The notes under the pieces: model-generated
Seen by the model: only the letters and a program-made list of their open reading frames with translations
Told to the model about the DNA's origin: nothing
The model's database searches: none
Translations under genes and position numbers: made by a program
Source: an uncultured delta proteobacterium
GTDB taxonomy: Bacteria; Desulfobacterota; Desulfuromonadia; Geobacterales; DSM-12255
DNA length: 64,000 nt
NCBI GenBank assembly: GCA_963787125.1
Contig: CAWBBV010000011.1
Location: forward strand, 64,001-128,000
Reading direction: 5' to 3'
In this document: piece by piece, positions 1 through 9,880 of the stretch
How positions within the stretch are numbered: the first letter of the stretch is position 1
How the letters are laid out: each line of letters begins with the position of its first letter

Positions 1-1
1 C

Positions 2-460
2 GATCTGGGCAGAAATGATTTAGGCCGGGTCTGCAAGACCGGCACAGTCAGGGTGTCGGAGCTGATGACGGTCGAGCGCTATTCCCATGTCATGCATATT
101 GTTTCTAACGTACAGGGGGAGATCGCCGGTGGCAGGGACGCCTTTGATCTGGTAAGAGCGACCTTTCCGGCCGGAACCCTTTCAGGGGCGCCAAAAGTCA
201 GGGCAATGGCGATAATCGACGAACTTGAACCTTGCCGCCGGGAGATTTACGGCGGTGCGGTCGGCTATTTCTCTTTTTCCGGCAATATGGATCTGGCAAT
301 TGCCATCAGAACCCTGGTCATCAAAGATGGCAAAATCCATCTCCAGGCGGGGGCAGGCATTGTTGCCGACTCCGATCCTGCCAGCGAATACCAGGAAACC
401 GTCAACAAGGCAATGGCGGTGGTAAAGGCGATAGAGGCCGCTGAGCGAGGACTTGACTAG
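2..460 (+). CDS. trpE: Anthranilate synthase component I, 3' part (5' end outside window)
   Basis: Frame open from position 2 ([11 protein letters not shown]); motifs [41 protein letters not shown]; trp operon context. Confidence 0.93.
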   Translation, partial: DLGRNDLGRVCKTGTVRVSELMTVERYSHVMHIVSNVQGEIAGGRDAFDLVRATFPAGTLSGAPKVRAMAIIDELEPCRREIYGGAVGYFSFSGNMDLAIAIRTLVIKDGKIHLQAGAGIVADSDPASEYQETVNKAMAVVKAIEAAERGLD

Positions 461-520
461 TTGGGTAAAAGCTGCCAGGTCAGAGTCAACTTTTAATTTG
501 TGCGACATATGTTTCATTTT

Positions 521-701
521 AGGGGGTTGGAACTTACCGATGTACCAGTTTTACGCTCAGATTTAGGTCAGATTTGTCGTTCCTGATTGAGCAAAACCGC
601 AGGCGTAGCACGGCTACGCTGAGGATTTTGTGATTGAAGGGGCGGCAAAGATGGCCTGAAGATGAGATGTAAAACGGTATATCGGTAGGGTCCGAGCCCC
701 T
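521..701. repeat. ~180-bp imperfect palindrome (REP/MITE-like hairpin element)
   Basis: Left arm agggggttggaacttaccgatgtacc..gttttac pairs with right arm gtaaaac..ggtatatcggtagggtccgagcccct; apex gcgtagc-acg-gctacgc. Confidence 0.8.
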
Positions 702-796
702 TATAGCAGCCGGGAGCCTGACAGGTGTCCGGCTGTTTTACTATTCGACCAGAAATTTATACACAAGTTGCTGATGACAAATGGGGAAAGACTATC

Positions 797-919
797 ATGA
801 CCGCAGAACAATTCATTGCTATCTGGAAAGACAACAAATTGACCGAGCGAGGCGGTGCTCTGGCTCATTTTGACGATCTCTGCGACCTGCTTGGCGTTGA
901 CAAACCCCGCGACCCGGAT
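797..919 (+). pseudogene. N-terminal fragment of an MmeI-like (type IIL) restriction-modification enzyme
   Basis: MTAEQFIAIWKDNKLTERGGALAHFDDLCDLLGVDKP resembles the MmeI-family N-terminus; frame stops at 937. Confidence 0.6.
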
Positions 920-920
920 A

Positions 921-1244
921 TACAAAGACGCCTATGAAGAAGCACAGCGCATAATCCGTATCAGTGATGAGGTGCGGATTTCTTTGGAAAGGGTTGAAGT
1001 CGGGGCTGAGGTTAAGCTTGCTGAGACGGAGGAAGCTTCGGACAAACTGACAACATCCAAGCTTGCGCAGAAGATGGGTGTCAAAACCAATGAGCTGATA
1101 GCAAAGCTGGTCGCAGCCGGTTTTATGGAGGCGCGCGATGGTAAGCATTTTCTTGCAGCCAAGGGCAAGGATGCCGAGGGAGAATTCCGTATGAGTCCCA
1201 AGTTCGGACCATATTTTTTATGGCCTGAAAGCTTCCGGCCTTGA
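921..1244 (+). pseudogene. C-terminal fragment of a phospholipase D-family (nuclease-like) protein
   Basis: YKDAYEEAQRIIRISDEVRISLERV...KLTTSKLA...GPYFLWP resembles the C-terminal half of PLD-family 'DNA repair' proteins; no catalytic N-half and no credible start. Confidence 0.55.
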
Positions 1245-1480
1245 ACGAAGCGATAATAGCGCGGTTAGGATAATTGGTTATGGCACGGCACAGAAAAACA
1301 ATCCAGGCGGGAAATGTGTGATTGGTTGCGCAGGCGTAGCGAAAACCTTACCACCCCCGGCCCCTTCTAAAAAATATCGGGATCGTCTAGGCGTGAGAAA
1401 GTAGCTTCGGTCTAAAATGCCCCAAGGGATAAGACAGAAGTTTGCATTGAATCACGAAACGCGACATAGTACGTACATAT

Positions 1481-1489
1481 TGATATAAT
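1481..1489 (+). promoter_or_regulatory. Extended -10 sigma70 promoter element
   Basis: TG-a-TATAAT 20 nt upstream of the 1510 ATG. Confidence 0.55.
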
Positions 1490-1509
1490 ACTCAAGGGGG
1501 ACAACGGTC

Positions 1510-1779
1510 ATGCCAACTATCTCAATGTTTTACGGTATCATCATCTACATGTTCTTTTATGATAACAAGAAACATTCCTTGCCGCATATTCATGCATCTT
1601 ATGGCGATGATGACGCAATTTATTCCATTGATGATGGCGAGCTGCTTGAAGGTAAATTCCCAAGAAACAAGCAAAAACTGGTGCAGGCATGGATAGAAAT
1701 TCACAAAGACGACTTGAGGGCCGACTGGCGCTTGGCGGTCAACGGACAGAACCCTCTACCGATCAAGCCATTGGAGTGA
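1510..1779 (+). CDS. DUF4160 family protein (putative toxin)
   Basis: MPTISMFYGIIIYM...H.LPHIHA.YG...W..IH..L...W. Confidence 0.88.
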   Translation: MPTISMFYGIIIYMFFYDNKKHSLPHIHASYGDDDAIYSIDDGELLEGKFPRNKQKLVQAWIEIHKDDLRADWRLAVNGQNPLPIKPLE

Positions 1780-1781
1780 CT

Positions 1782-2024
1782 ATGAATAAGGTAATCTCCG
1801 TAAACCCGTTGGAAGATAAAAAAGTTGCCGTTGTTTTCTCGGACGGCAAGTCAGGGGTGTTTGACGTTGCTCCTTACATCAAAAGTGACTTCTTCAAGCA
1901 TCTGGATGATGATATCTATTTTAAGCAGGTCCGCTTGTTTTTCACCGGCATCGGATGGCCTGACGGTCAGGACCTCGGGCCGGATACAATAGCTCATGAT
2001 TTGCAACCGCAAGTAAACAACTGA
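1782..2024 (+). CDS. DUF2442 family protein (putative antitoxin)
   Basis: V.FSDGKSGVFDV...F.QV....IGWPDGQDLGPD; directly downstream of DUF4160; ATG 1782 preceded by GGAG. Confidence 0.85.
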   Translation: MNKVISVNPLEDKKVAVVFSDGKSGVFDVAPYIKSDFFKHLDDDIYFKQVRLFFTGIGWPDGQDLGPDTIAHDLQPQVNN

Positions 2025-2026
2025 GG

Positions 2027-2080
2027 GTTGCGATTGTGGAGGTTCAATATGTTGGCACACACGAAAAAGCACCCTACTGA
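2027..2080 (+). pseudogene. 3' remnant of a RelE-like toxin overlapping the next antitoxin start
   Basis: Alternative frame reads VAIVEVQYVGTHEKAPY*, matching the end of the intact toxin at 2652-2930 (RLVEITYVGTHEKAPY*). Confidence 0.7.
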
Positions 2081-2390
2081 GAATCTTGTTCCGATAAAAT
2101 TCATGGTACACCCTGCAAATGTCGCGTCTATTCAAAGCTATGTTGAAACGCTTGAAAACACAGAATCTATTCCATGGCGGGAAGTGGCGGCAAATAGAGG
2201 GAACATTCCCGCTTCGGTGCTCAGGGGGGCAAGAAACAAGGCAGAAATTACCCAGACGCAACTTTCAACCCTTACCGGCATTCCACAAAGACATATCAGT
2301 GAAATGGAGCAGGATAAAAGACCCATTGGCAAGGAAAGCGCCAAGAAACTGGCAGCAGCGTTAAACACGGATTATCGGGTTTTTTTGTAA
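2049..2390 (+). CDS. XRE-family HTH regulator (HigA-like antitoxin), orphan
   Basis: LRGARNKAEITQTQLSTLTGIPQRHISEME..KRPIG; GGAGG RBS before ATG 2049; paralogue of 2899-3255. Confidence 0.85.
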   Translation: MLAHTKKHPTENLVPIKFMVHPANVASIQSYVETLENTESIPWREVAANRGNIPASVLRGARNKAEITQTQLSTLTGIPQRHISEMEQDKRPIGKESAKKLAAALNTDYRVFL

Positions 2391-2408
2391 GGTTTTGAAT
2401 TGTTAACA

Positions 2409-2480
2409 AATCCGCACGGTGTCTATTTGAAAGGGATTCGTTATCGGGAAGAGCTTACACAAGAGCAACTCTCCGAACTC
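2409..2480 (+). pseudogene. Fragment of a third XRE/HigA-like HTH gene
   Basis: Translates NPHGVYLKGIRYREELTQEQLSEL, aligning with NPLGLALRGARGREGLTQAQLAEV of 2899-3255. Confidence 0.65.
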
Positions 2481-2651
2481 GAATCATGGTAAACCACTTC
2501 ATAATCTCTTGTATTCAGGCACTTAAACGATTATATTTGCCCCGTCAAAGATGTCAGAAAATAGGTTTTGAGTGATTTTCGCCGTACAGCGCCAATCTCC
2601 TTCAAAATTGAGTTTTGCAACTTTCCATTTATACATAAATAAGGTATATTG

Positions 2652-2930
2652 ATGCAGTGGATAGTGAAGCTGACGCGGAAGGCTGACAAGCAGAAGGAGA
2701 GGCTGCCGGAGAGAGTGAAAGAAGCCCTTCTCTTTCTGCTGCACGAAATCAGCAGATGCGGCCCTGTCAGGGGCGACTGGATGAATTACGGCAAGCTTTC
2801 ACCGGGTCGTCATCATTGCCATCTTAAAAAAGGGCAGCCAACTTATGTGGCTGTCTGGGAAGAGATTGGCGGAGAAATCAGACTTGTGGAGATAACTTAT
2901 GTTGGGACACACGAAAAAGCCCCATACTGA
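2652..2930 (+). CDS. RelE/HigB-like type II toxin
   Basis: W.V.LTRKADKQKERLP...GP....W.NYGKL...HHCHLKKG.PTYVA.W; overlaps the downstream HTH gene. Confidence 0.8.
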   Translation: MQWIVKLTRKADKQKERLPERVKEALLFLLHEISRCGPVRGDWMNYGKLSPGRHHCHLKKGQPTYVAVWEEIGGEIRLVEITYVGTHEKAPY

Positions 2931-3255
2931 AAATCCTCTGGAAGCAAGATTTATCGGCAACGGGGAAAAAATTGGCAAGCTGAAGGATTATGCAAAGAGA
3001 ATCGGCTTGCAGGACACATCAGACTCGGTGAGTATTGCCGAGGCTTTCCCTGAATATTTTGCTAATCCACTCGGACTTGCCCTGCGTGGCGCAAGGGGCA
3101 GAGAGGGTTTGACCCAGGCACAGCTTGCCGAGGTTACCGGGATACCGCAACGGCACATAAGCGAGATGGAGAACGGTAAACGGCAGATTGGCAGAGAGAG
3201 GGCTAAAAAGATTGCTGAAGCTCTTCATGTTGCTGATTACAGGGTTTTTCTTTAA
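2899..3255 (+). CDS. XRE-family HTH antitoxin (HigA-like)
   Basis: LRGARGREGLTQAQLAEVTGIPQRHISEMENGKRQIG; 32-nt overlap with toxin. Confidence 0.85.
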   Translation: MLGHTKKPHTENPLEARFIGNGEKIGKLKDYAKRIGLQDTSDSVSIAEAFPEYFANPLGLALRGARGREGLTQAQLAEVTGIPQRHISEMENGKRQIGRERAKKIAEALHVADYRVFL

Positions 3256-3282
3256 AGCTGACAACAGACTACAGGTGCAAAT

Positions 3283-3858
3283 ATGCTCTTGATGATTGAT
3301 AACTACGACTCCTTTACCTACAACATCGTCCAGTATTTTGGTGAACTGGGTGAAGAGGTGCAGGTTTTCCGCAATGACCGGATCACCATCGAGGAGATAG
3401 AGCGCCTGAATCCAGCCCGTCTCGTTATCTCCCCAGGGCCCTGTTCTCCTGAAGAGGCAGGCATCTCGGTTGCTGCCATCCGCCACTTTGCCGGCAAAAT
3501 TCCGCTCCTGGGTGTCTGTCTTGGCCATCAGTCGATCGGCGTCGCTTTCGGTGGCAAAGTTGTCAGAAGCGCCACCCTGATGCACGGCAAGACCTCGCCG
3601 ATTCATCATGACGGAAAAGGGCTCTTTGCCGGGCTCCCGACCCCTTTCAATGCCACCCGCTATCATTCACTCATTGTCGAAAAAGCATCGCTGCCGGAGG
3701 AGCTTCAGATCACCGCCTGGGTAGAGGAAGGGGAGATTATGGGCCTGCAGCACCGGACGCTGCCGGTCTGGGGGGTGCAGTTCCATCCCGAATCGATCCT
3801 GACTGAGGGTGGGATGGCGATTTTGAAGAACTTCTTGGAGATGGGCAACAGAAAGTGA
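3283..3858 (+). CDS. trpG: Anthranilate synthase component II (glutamine amidotransferase)
   Basis: [33 protein letters not shown]. Confidence 0.95.
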   Translation: MLLMIDNYDSFTYNIVQYFGELGEEVQVFRNDRITIEEIERLNPARLVISPGPCSPEEAGISVAAIRHFAGKIPLLGVCLGHQSIGVAFGGKVVRSATLMHGKTSPIHHDGKGLFAGLPTPFNATRYHSLIVEKASLPEELQITAWVEEGEIMGLQHRTLPVWGVQFHPESILTEGGMAILKNFLEMGNRK

Positions 3859-3875
3859 AAAGCTAAAGGCTTTTA

Positions 3876-3983
3876 CCACGGATTACACGGATTTTCACGG
3901 ATAAAACCGGAAAAACCTGATGCTGTGGGAGAAAAGATTTCGAAGTTATCCGCCTTTATCCGTGTCATCCGTGTCATCCGTGG
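3876..3983. repeat. CACGGAT-array palindromic intergenic element, copy 1
   Basis: Three CACGGAT units, spacer, then ttatccgcct and three ATCCGTG units. Confidence 0.85.
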
Positions 3984-4018
3984 CTAATGATTTAAAGGCA
4001 CTTTTTTGGAGTTTGTAA

Positions 4019-5071
4019 ATGATTAAAAAGGCTATTGCAAGGGTTGTCGAGAATTTGAACCTCTCCGAAGGGGAGATGATCGAGGTGATGGAACAGATCA
4101 TGTCCGGCGGAGCTACCCAGGCGCAGATCGGCGCATTTATCACCGCCTTGCGGATGAAAGGTGAGACGATTGACGAAATCACCGGCGCCGCCAGGGTGAT
4201 GCGGGAGAGAGCAACGCCGATACGGGTTGGCCGCGGCGTGCTCGACATCGACCGCGACGATATCAACATCGACCAGGAAACGATTCTCGATGTTGTCGGC
4301 ACCGGCGGAGATGGCACCAACAGCTTCAATGTTTCCACAACAGTCGCCTTTGTCGTCTCTGCCTGCGGTGTCAAGGTCGCCAAGCACGGCAACCGCTCTG
4401 TCTCATCCCTCTGCGGCAGCGCCGATGTCCTCGAAAAACTCGGGGTGAATCTCGATGTCAATCCGGAAAAAGTTGAGCAGTGCATCCGGGAGATCGGCAT
4501 TGGTTTTCTCTTTGCGCCTGCCCTGCACGGCGCTATGAAGCATGCCATCGGCCCGCGGCGCGAGATCGGCATCAGAACAATTTTCAACATCCTCGGTCCC
4601 CTTACCAATCCTGCCGGCGCTGAATGCCAGGTGCTGGGGGTCTATTCAGAGCAGCTCGTAGAAAAGCTTGCCCATGTCCTTCACAAGCTCGGTTGCCGCC
4701 GTGGTTTCGTCGTTCACGGCATTGACGGCATGGATGAGGTGACTCTGACTGCCGCTACCAGTATTGCCGAGGTTACCCCTGCCGGTGTCAAAATCTCCCT
4801 GTTCACACCCGAGGAACTGGGCTTCGATTTCTGCACCATGAAGGCTCTTCGTGGTGGCAATGCCGACGAGAATGCTCTTATTGTAAAGTCTGTGCTGTCA
4901 GGTGAAACGGGGGCTCGCAGGGATATAGTGCTGATAAATGCAGCCTTCGGGCTGGTTGCCGCAGGCAGGGCTCCGTCACTGCAGGCAGGGGTGACTCTTG
5001 CAGAAGAGGCTATAGATTCCGGCAGGGCAATGCAGCAGCTTGAAAAGCTGGCCAAGATGACGAACTGTTGA
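4019..5071 (+). CDS. trpD: Anthranilate phosphoribosyltransferase
   Basis: [43 protein letters not shown]. Confidence 0.96.
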   Translation: MIKKAIARVVENLNLSEGEMIEVMEQIMSGGATQAQIGAFITALRMKGETIDEITGAARVMRERATPIRVGRGVLDIDRDDINIDQETILDVVGTGGDGTNSFNVSTTVAFVVSACGVKVAKHGNRSVSSLCGSADVLEKLGVNLDVNPEKVEQCIREIGIGFLFAPALHGAMKHAIGPRREIGIRTIFNILGPLTNPAGAECQVLGVYSEQLVEKLAHVLHKLGCRRGFVVHGIDGMDEVTLTAATSIAEVTPAGVKISLFTPEELGFDFCTMKALRGGNADENALIVKSVLSGETGARRDIVLINAAFGLVAAGRAPSLQAGVTLAEEAIDSGRAMQQLEKLAKMTNC

Positions 5072-5081
5072 TGGAGCGAGA

Positions 5082-5885
5082 ATGACCGACACCCCAGATA
5101 TCCTGAAAAAAATAGTTGCTCACAAGCGCGAAGAGGTGGCAGCGGCAAAAGTCGCCCAGCCGCTCAGTGAGATGATTGCCAGGCTTGCTGATCGCGAAGA
5201 TCAGCCGCGCGGTTTCGAGCGTGCCCTGCGGAATGCCGCCCAATCCGGCTGGACAGCTATCATAGCCGAAGTAAAAAAAGGCTCGCCCAGCAAGGGTCTT
5301 ATCCGCCCCGACTTCGATCCGCTCGCTATAGCCGGCATCTATCAGGAACATGGTGCAACCTGCATCTCGGTTTTGACTGATGAGAAGTTTTTCCTCGGCC
5401 ATCTGCGCTACCTTGCCCTGATTCGTGAGCAGGTGGCACTGCCGCTGCTCCGTAAGGATTTCATCTTTGACCCTTATCAGGTGTACGAGGCTGCCGCCGG
5501 TGGCGCCGATGCAATCCTGCTGATTGCGGCCATGCTTGATCTGCCGCAACTCAAAGATCTGCACTCTCTGGCTAAAGAGCTTTATCTGGATGTGCTGCTG
5601 GAAGTGCATGACGAGCGTGAACTGGAACTGGCGCTGGCAACCGACTGCCGTCTCATCGGCATAAATAACCGCAGCCTGCACACCTTTGCGACCGACCTTG
5701 CCGCTACTGAAAGGCTTGCAAAGCTGATCCCGTCTGACCGGCTGATTGTGGCTGAAAGCGGTATCAACTGCCGGGCAGATCTGGAACGTCTCCAGGCAGT
5801 CGGTGCCGGTGCCTTCCTGGTGGGAGAGTCACTGATGCGGGAAGAGGATATCGGGGCAAAATTGCAGGAGCTCTTAGTAAGTTAG
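5082..5885 (+). CDS. trpC: Indole-3-glycerol phosphate synthase
   Basis: IAEVKKGSPSKG, SVLTD, LRKDF, GINNR, ESGI. Confidence 0.96.
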   Translation: MTDTPDILKKIVAHKREEVAAAKVAQPLSEMIARLADREDQPRGFERALRNAAQSGWTAIIAEVKKGSPSKGLIRPDFDPLAIAGIYQEHGATCISVLTDEKFFLGHLRYLALIREQVALPLLRKDFIFDPYQVYEAAAGGADAILLIAAMLDLPQLKDLHSLAKELYLDVLLEVHDERELELALATDCRLIGINNRSLHTFATDLAATERLAKLIPSDRLIVAESGINCRADLERLQAVGAGAFLVGESLMREEDIGAKLQELLVS

Positions 5886-5951
5886 AAGTTATTTTCTGCA
5901 CTTTTCCGGCAGAAAATAACTTCGTTAACGCACTTATCCAGTTTATCTGGG
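5874..5951 (-). repeat. 78-bp palindromic dispersed repeat, copy A (contains the trpC stop codon)
   Basis: Reverse complement matches 56318-56395 at 74 of 78 nt; internal stem gaagttattttctgc / gcagaaaataacttc. Confidence 0.9.
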
Positions 5952-5983
5952 CTAGGGTGAAAAGCGAAGTCCGAAAACCATTA

Positions 5984-6099
5984 GCCACGGATTTCACGGA
6001 TTTTCACGGATAAATTCTGAAAACCCTGACTCTCACAGAGAAAGGCAAAAGCGTTTAAAGATTTTCAAGTTATCCGCCTTCATCCGTGTCATCCGTGGC
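5984..6099. repeat. CACGGAT-array palindromic element, copy 2
   Basis: gccacggatttcacggattttcacggat ... ttatccgccttcatccgtgtcatccgtggc. Confidence 0.85.
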
Positions 6100-6162
6100 C
6101 AAAGTTTTTGACTTGAACGAATTTTCAGTTTAACTACGATCAACATTTTTCAGGAGGTCTAC

Positions 6163-7518
6163 ATGCAGACAAAAATTCTTCTCGATGAATCCAGGATTCC
6201 CAAGCAGTGGTACAACATTATTCCCGATATGCCGGGGCCGCTGTCGCCGGTTATCCATCCCGGTACCCTTCAGCCGGTTACGCCGGACGACCTGTTGCCG
6301 CTCTTCCCCATGGGACTGATCGAACAGGAGGTGTCAACCCAGCGCTGGATTGATATCCCTGAAGAGGTTCGTGAAATTTACCGTCTCTGGCGGCCCGCAC
6401 CGCTCTTCCGGGCTCATCGGCTGGAAAAGGCGCTCGGCACCCCGGCAAAGATCTACTACAAATATGAGGGTGGCTCTCCGGCCGGTTCTCATAAACCGAA
6501 TACTGCCATTCCCCAGGCCTATTACAACAAGATTTTCGGCACAAAAAGGATAGCCACCGAGACCGGCGCCGGCCAGTGGGGCACATCAATGGCGCTCGCC
6601 TGCCAGATGTTCGGACTTGAATGTACCGTCTACATGGTAAAGGTGTCGTTCAACCAGAAACCTTACCGTAAAAGCATGATGCAGCTCTGGGGCGCGGAAG
6701 TGATCCCGTCTCCCTCCGATCGCACCAATGCCGGTCGCTCGATTCTGGCACAATTTCCCGACAGTAACGGTTCGCTCGGTATCGCCATCAGTGAAGCGGT
6801 AGAAGATGCCGCCTCAAGAGAGGACACCCGCTACGCCCTTGGCAGCGTCCTCAATCACGTCTGCCTCCATCAGACAGTTATCGGCATAGAGGCAAAAGAG
6901 CAGCTTGCCATTGTTGGTGACTATCCGGATGTCGTCATCGGCTGCCATGGCGGCGGTTCGAATTTTGCCGGGATTGCCTTCCCGTTTGCGGCTGACAAGG
7001 CCGCCGGTAAGAACATCCGCCTCGTTGCTGTCGAGCCGTCGAGTTGCCCGACCCTGACAAAAGGTGTCTACGAATTCGACTACGGCGATACCGCCAAAAT
7101 GGCGCCGATCTCACGGATGTACACCCTCGGCCATGACTTTATGCCCCCCGGTATTCATGCCGGTGGACTCAGATATCACGGGGCTTCGCCGCTGGTGTCC
7201 CAGCTCGTCAATGCCGGCATTGTAGAAGCACGGTCTGTCGGTCAGAAAGGTTGCTTTGAAGCTGCGGTGCAGTTCTCCTGCTGCGAAGGGATTATTCCCG
7301 CGCCTGAATCCTCCCACGCCATCAGAGGGGCTATTGACGAGGCCCTGCAGGCCAAGGAAGAGGGCAAGGAGAAGACCATTCTTTTCTGCCTCTCCGGTCA
7401 CGGGCATGTGGATATGGCGGCCTATGACGCCTATTTTGGCGGTCAGCTTGAGGATTACGATTATCCGGCGGAAGCGATTAAAGAATCACTGGCCCATCTG
7501 CCGAAAGTCAATTTTTAG
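6163..7518 (+). CDS. trpB2: TrpB-like PLP-dependent enzyme (TrpB2)
   Basis: [41 protein letters not shown]; 451 aa. Confidence 0.93.
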   Translation: MQTKILLDESRIPKQWYNIIPDMPGPLSPVIHPGTLQPVTPDDLLPLFPMGLIEQEVSTQRWIDIPEEVREIYRLWRPAPLFRAHRLEKALGTPAKIYYKYEGGSPAGSHKPNTAIPQAYYNKIFGTKRIATETGAGQWGTSMALACQMFGLECTVYMVKVSFNQKPYRKSMMQLWGAEVIPSPSDRTNAGRSILAQFPDSNGSLGIAISEAVEDAASREDTRYALGSVLNHVCLHQTVIGIEAKEQLAIVGDYPDVVIGCHGGGSNFAGIAFPFAADKAAGKNIRLVAVEPSSCPTLTKGVYEFDYGDTAKMAPISRMYTLGHDFMPPGIHAGGLRYHGASPLVSQLVNAGIVEARSVGQKGCFEAAVQFSCCEGIIPAPESSHAIRGAIDEALQAKEEGKEKTILFCLSGHGHVDMAAYDAYFGGQLEDYDYPAEAIKESLAHLPKVNF

Positions 7519-7536
7519 GGGTATAACAAATCTTTT

Positions 7537-7639
7537 GCCACGGATGACACGGATTTACACGGATAAAACATGAAAACCTTCTTTAGGGTTAAACCTGAAG
7601 GCTTGACTTTTATCCGCCTTTATCCGTGTCATCCGTGGC
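7537..7639. repeat. CACGGAT-array palindromic element, copy 3
   Basis: gccacggatgacacggatttacacggat ... ttatccgcctttatccgtgtcatccgtggc. Confidence 0.85.
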
Positions 7640-7677
7640 TAATGCTTTCAGCCTTTCATTTCTAACAGGTGTCTAAA

Positions 7678-8289
7678 ATGGTCAAAGTCAAAATTTGCGG
7701 CATAACAAATCCTGAAGATGCCCGTGCAGTGGTCGATGCCGGGGCAGATGCGATTGGCTTTGTTTTTTATGAGCGATCGCCCCGCTGCATCAATCCGGCG
7801 CTTGCCGCCAAAATAATCGCAACACTACCCCCTTTTGTGCAGACAGTCGGGCTCTTTGTCAACGAGGAGACTGAAAAGATCAACTGGACTGCCGACTATT
7901 GCGGGCTTGACGTTGTGCAACTCCACGGCAACGAGACTCCGGAGGATTGCCTTGAGATAAATCGCCGGGTCATCAAGGCATTCAGAGTTCAGAATATTAT
8001 CAGCATTGACCCGCTTAAAAATTATCAGGTTTCAGGTTTTTTGCTCGATGCCTGGTCACCGGACGCCTACGGCGGCACTGGCAGAACGTTCAACTGGGAA
8101 CTTGCCGAAGCGGCCAAACAGTACGGTCCGATCATCCTTGCCGGCGGGCTGTTGCCGGAGAATATCGCCAGTGCCATAAGAATTGTTAATCCGTATGGTG
8201 TTGATGTGTCAAGCGGGGTAGAGTCTGCCCTGGCCAAGAAGGATGCCGGCAAAGTGAGAGAGTTTATCAAGCTGGCAAAAGGATTGTAA
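7678..8289 (+). CDS. trpF: Phosphoribosylanthranilate isomerase
   Basis: VKICGIT, SPR, VQLHG.E, GGTG..F.W, LAGGL, DVSSGVE. Confidence 0.96.
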   Translation: MVKVKICGITNPEDARAVVDAGADAIGFVFYERSPRCINPALAAKIIATLPPFVQTVGLFVNEETEKINWTADYCGLDVVQLHGNETPEDCLEINRRVIKAFRVQNIISIDPLKNYQVSGFLLDAWSPDAYGGTGRTFNWELAEAAKQYGPIILAGGLLPENIASAIRIVNPYGVDVSSGVESALAKKDAGKVREFIKLAKGL

Positions 8290-8291
8290 TC

Positions 8292-9482
8292 ATGACTTAC
8301 CCTGATAAAAACGGCCATTTCGGCCAGTTTGGCGGCAGATATGTTTCCGAGACTCTGATGCCGGCGCTTTTGGAGCTGGAACAGGCTTATAAAAAATACA
8401 AGCGCGATCCGGAGTTCAAGGCGGAGCTGGCTTATTATCTCAAGCAGTATGTCGGTCGGCCGAATCCACTCTATTTTGCCGAGAAACTGACAAAAAAACT
8501 CGGCGGTGCCAGGATCTATCTGAAGCGCGAAGACCTTAACCACACCGGCGCCCATAAAATCAACAATACGGTCGGTCAGGGACTCTTGGCGAAAAGGATG
8601 GGGAAGCACCGCGTCATTGCCGAGACCGGTGCCGGGCAGCATGGCGTTGCCACAGCCACCATCGCGGCGCTCATGGGGATGGAATGTGAAGTGTTCATGG
8701 GGGCGGAGGATATTCAGCGCCAGTCCCTCAACGTCTTCCGGATGAAACTTCTCGGCGCAACCGTCACCCCGGTATCCTCAGGGACAGCAACCCTCAAGGA
8801 CGCCATGAATGAAGCGCTGCGGAACTGGGTGGCCCGTGTTCGTGACACCTTCTACGTCATCGGCACTGTGGCCGGACCTCACCCCTACCCGGTGATGGTG
8901 CGTGATTTTCAGACAATCATCGGCAAAGAGGCACGCAGGCAGCATCTGGCGATTGAGGGGAAACTCCCTGATGTGCTGGTGGCAGCCGTCGGCGGAGGGA
9001 GTAATGCCCTTGGCCTGTTTTATCCGTTCATGAAGGACAGTTCCGTGCGCATGGTTGGCGTCGAAGCGTCCGGCTACGGGATACCCTCCGGGCGTCATGC
9101 AGCGCCGCTCTGTGCCGGCACTGTCGGTGTCCTCCACGGCAACAAGACCTATCTGCTCCAGGATGAAGACGGGCAGATCGCCCATGCCCATTCGATCTCC
9201 GCCGGTCTGGATTACCCCGGCGTCGGCCCTGAACATGCCTGGCTCAAAGATTCAGGCCGTGCCGAGTATGTCTCAATAACCGATGACGAAGCGCTGGAAG
9301 GATTTCGGGCCTTGACCGGTGAAGAAGGGATCATTCCGGCTCTGGAATCGTCCCACGCCATTGCCCATGTGCTGAAACTGGCACCGACAATGTCCCCGCA
9401 GCAGAGCATTGTTGTCTGCCTGTCCGGGCGGGGTGACAAAGATATGCATACCGTGGCAAAATTGATGGGAGTTGAGCTGTAA
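8292..9482 (+). CDS. trpB: Tryptophan synthase beta chain
   Basis: [44 protein letters not shown]. Confidence 0.97.
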   Translation: MTYPDKNGHFGQFGGRYVSETLMPALLELEQAYKKYKRDPEFKAELAYYLKQYVGRPNPLYFAEKLTKKLGGARIYLKREDLNHTGAHKINNTVGQGLLAKRMGKHRVIAETGAGQHGVATATIAALMGMECEVFMGAEDIQRQSLNVFRMKLLGATVTPVSSGTATLKDAMNEALRNWVARVRDTFYVIGTVAGPHPYPVMVRDFQTIIGKEARRQHLAIEGKLPDVLVAAVGGGSNALGLFYPFMKDSSVRMVGVEASGYGIPSGRHAAPLCAGTVGVLHGNKTYLLQDEDGQIAHAHSISAGLDYPGVGPEHAWLKDSGRAEYVSITDDEALEGFRALTGEEGIIPALESSHAIAHVLKLAPTMSPQQSIVVCLSGRGDKDMHTVAKLMGVEL

Positions 9483-9622
9483 CTGGTGTCAATCAGATTA
9501 GATGACTCCTGTGTATCGCCAGAAAAGTTCAGCGCCTCAGTGACTCAAATGTATTTTAATGAGTTAAGCCTCTTCCGCCTGAGAATTATTCTTCATACAA
9601 ACCTTATATAAATCAAATAAAG

Positions 9623-9639
9623 CTGGCTTTTAAACTGCC
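9623..9639 (+). promoter_or_regulatory. Candidate sigma54 (-24/-12) promoter for the DUF11 operon
   Basis: cTGGCttttaaacTGCc with GG-N10-GC spacing; the implied start near 9650 is just 5' of the riboswitch. Confidence 0.4.
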
Positions 9640-9663
9640 GTTTCATTATAAAAGTTAAGCAAA

Positions 9664-9747
9664 TCTCCAACAAGAGCAAAACCGGGATAACCCGGTGACG
9701 CAGAACTGCGGGTCCTGAAAATGGATAGCCGGGTCGCCGAAGAGAGA
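9664..9747 (+). promoter_or_regulatory. GEMM-I (c-di-GMP-I class) riboswitch aptamer, A20 variant
   Basis: aGCAAA-accggg(ataa)cccggt-GACGCAgaac...ggtcct..ggatAGCcGGGtcGCCGA follows the GEMM-I layout; A at 9675 is at the G20-equivalent position. Confidence 0.85.
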
Positions 9748-9880
9748 ATCACCTGCTCACAGCCGCTGTGCAGTCACCCCTCTGCTCGAAGCCCCTTTAC
9801 GTCCGAATTCACTCCTTTTCTCAATTCACACCGATCAAGTCAGTAAAATTCATTATCATCATCACCATCAGGAGGATTTT

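Noticed and set aside
855..1244. 129-aa ORF with an apparent signal peptide
   Set aside because: Its first ~22 codons are an off-frame reading of the R-M fragment.
3876..7639. CACGGAT arrays or the 78-bp repeats as a CRISPR array
   Set aside because: No regular repeat-spacer periodicity and no cas genes; copies are dispersed palindromes.
6163..9482. Two trpB-like genes as a novelty
   Set aside because: Co-occurrence of TrpB1 and TrpB2 is well known.
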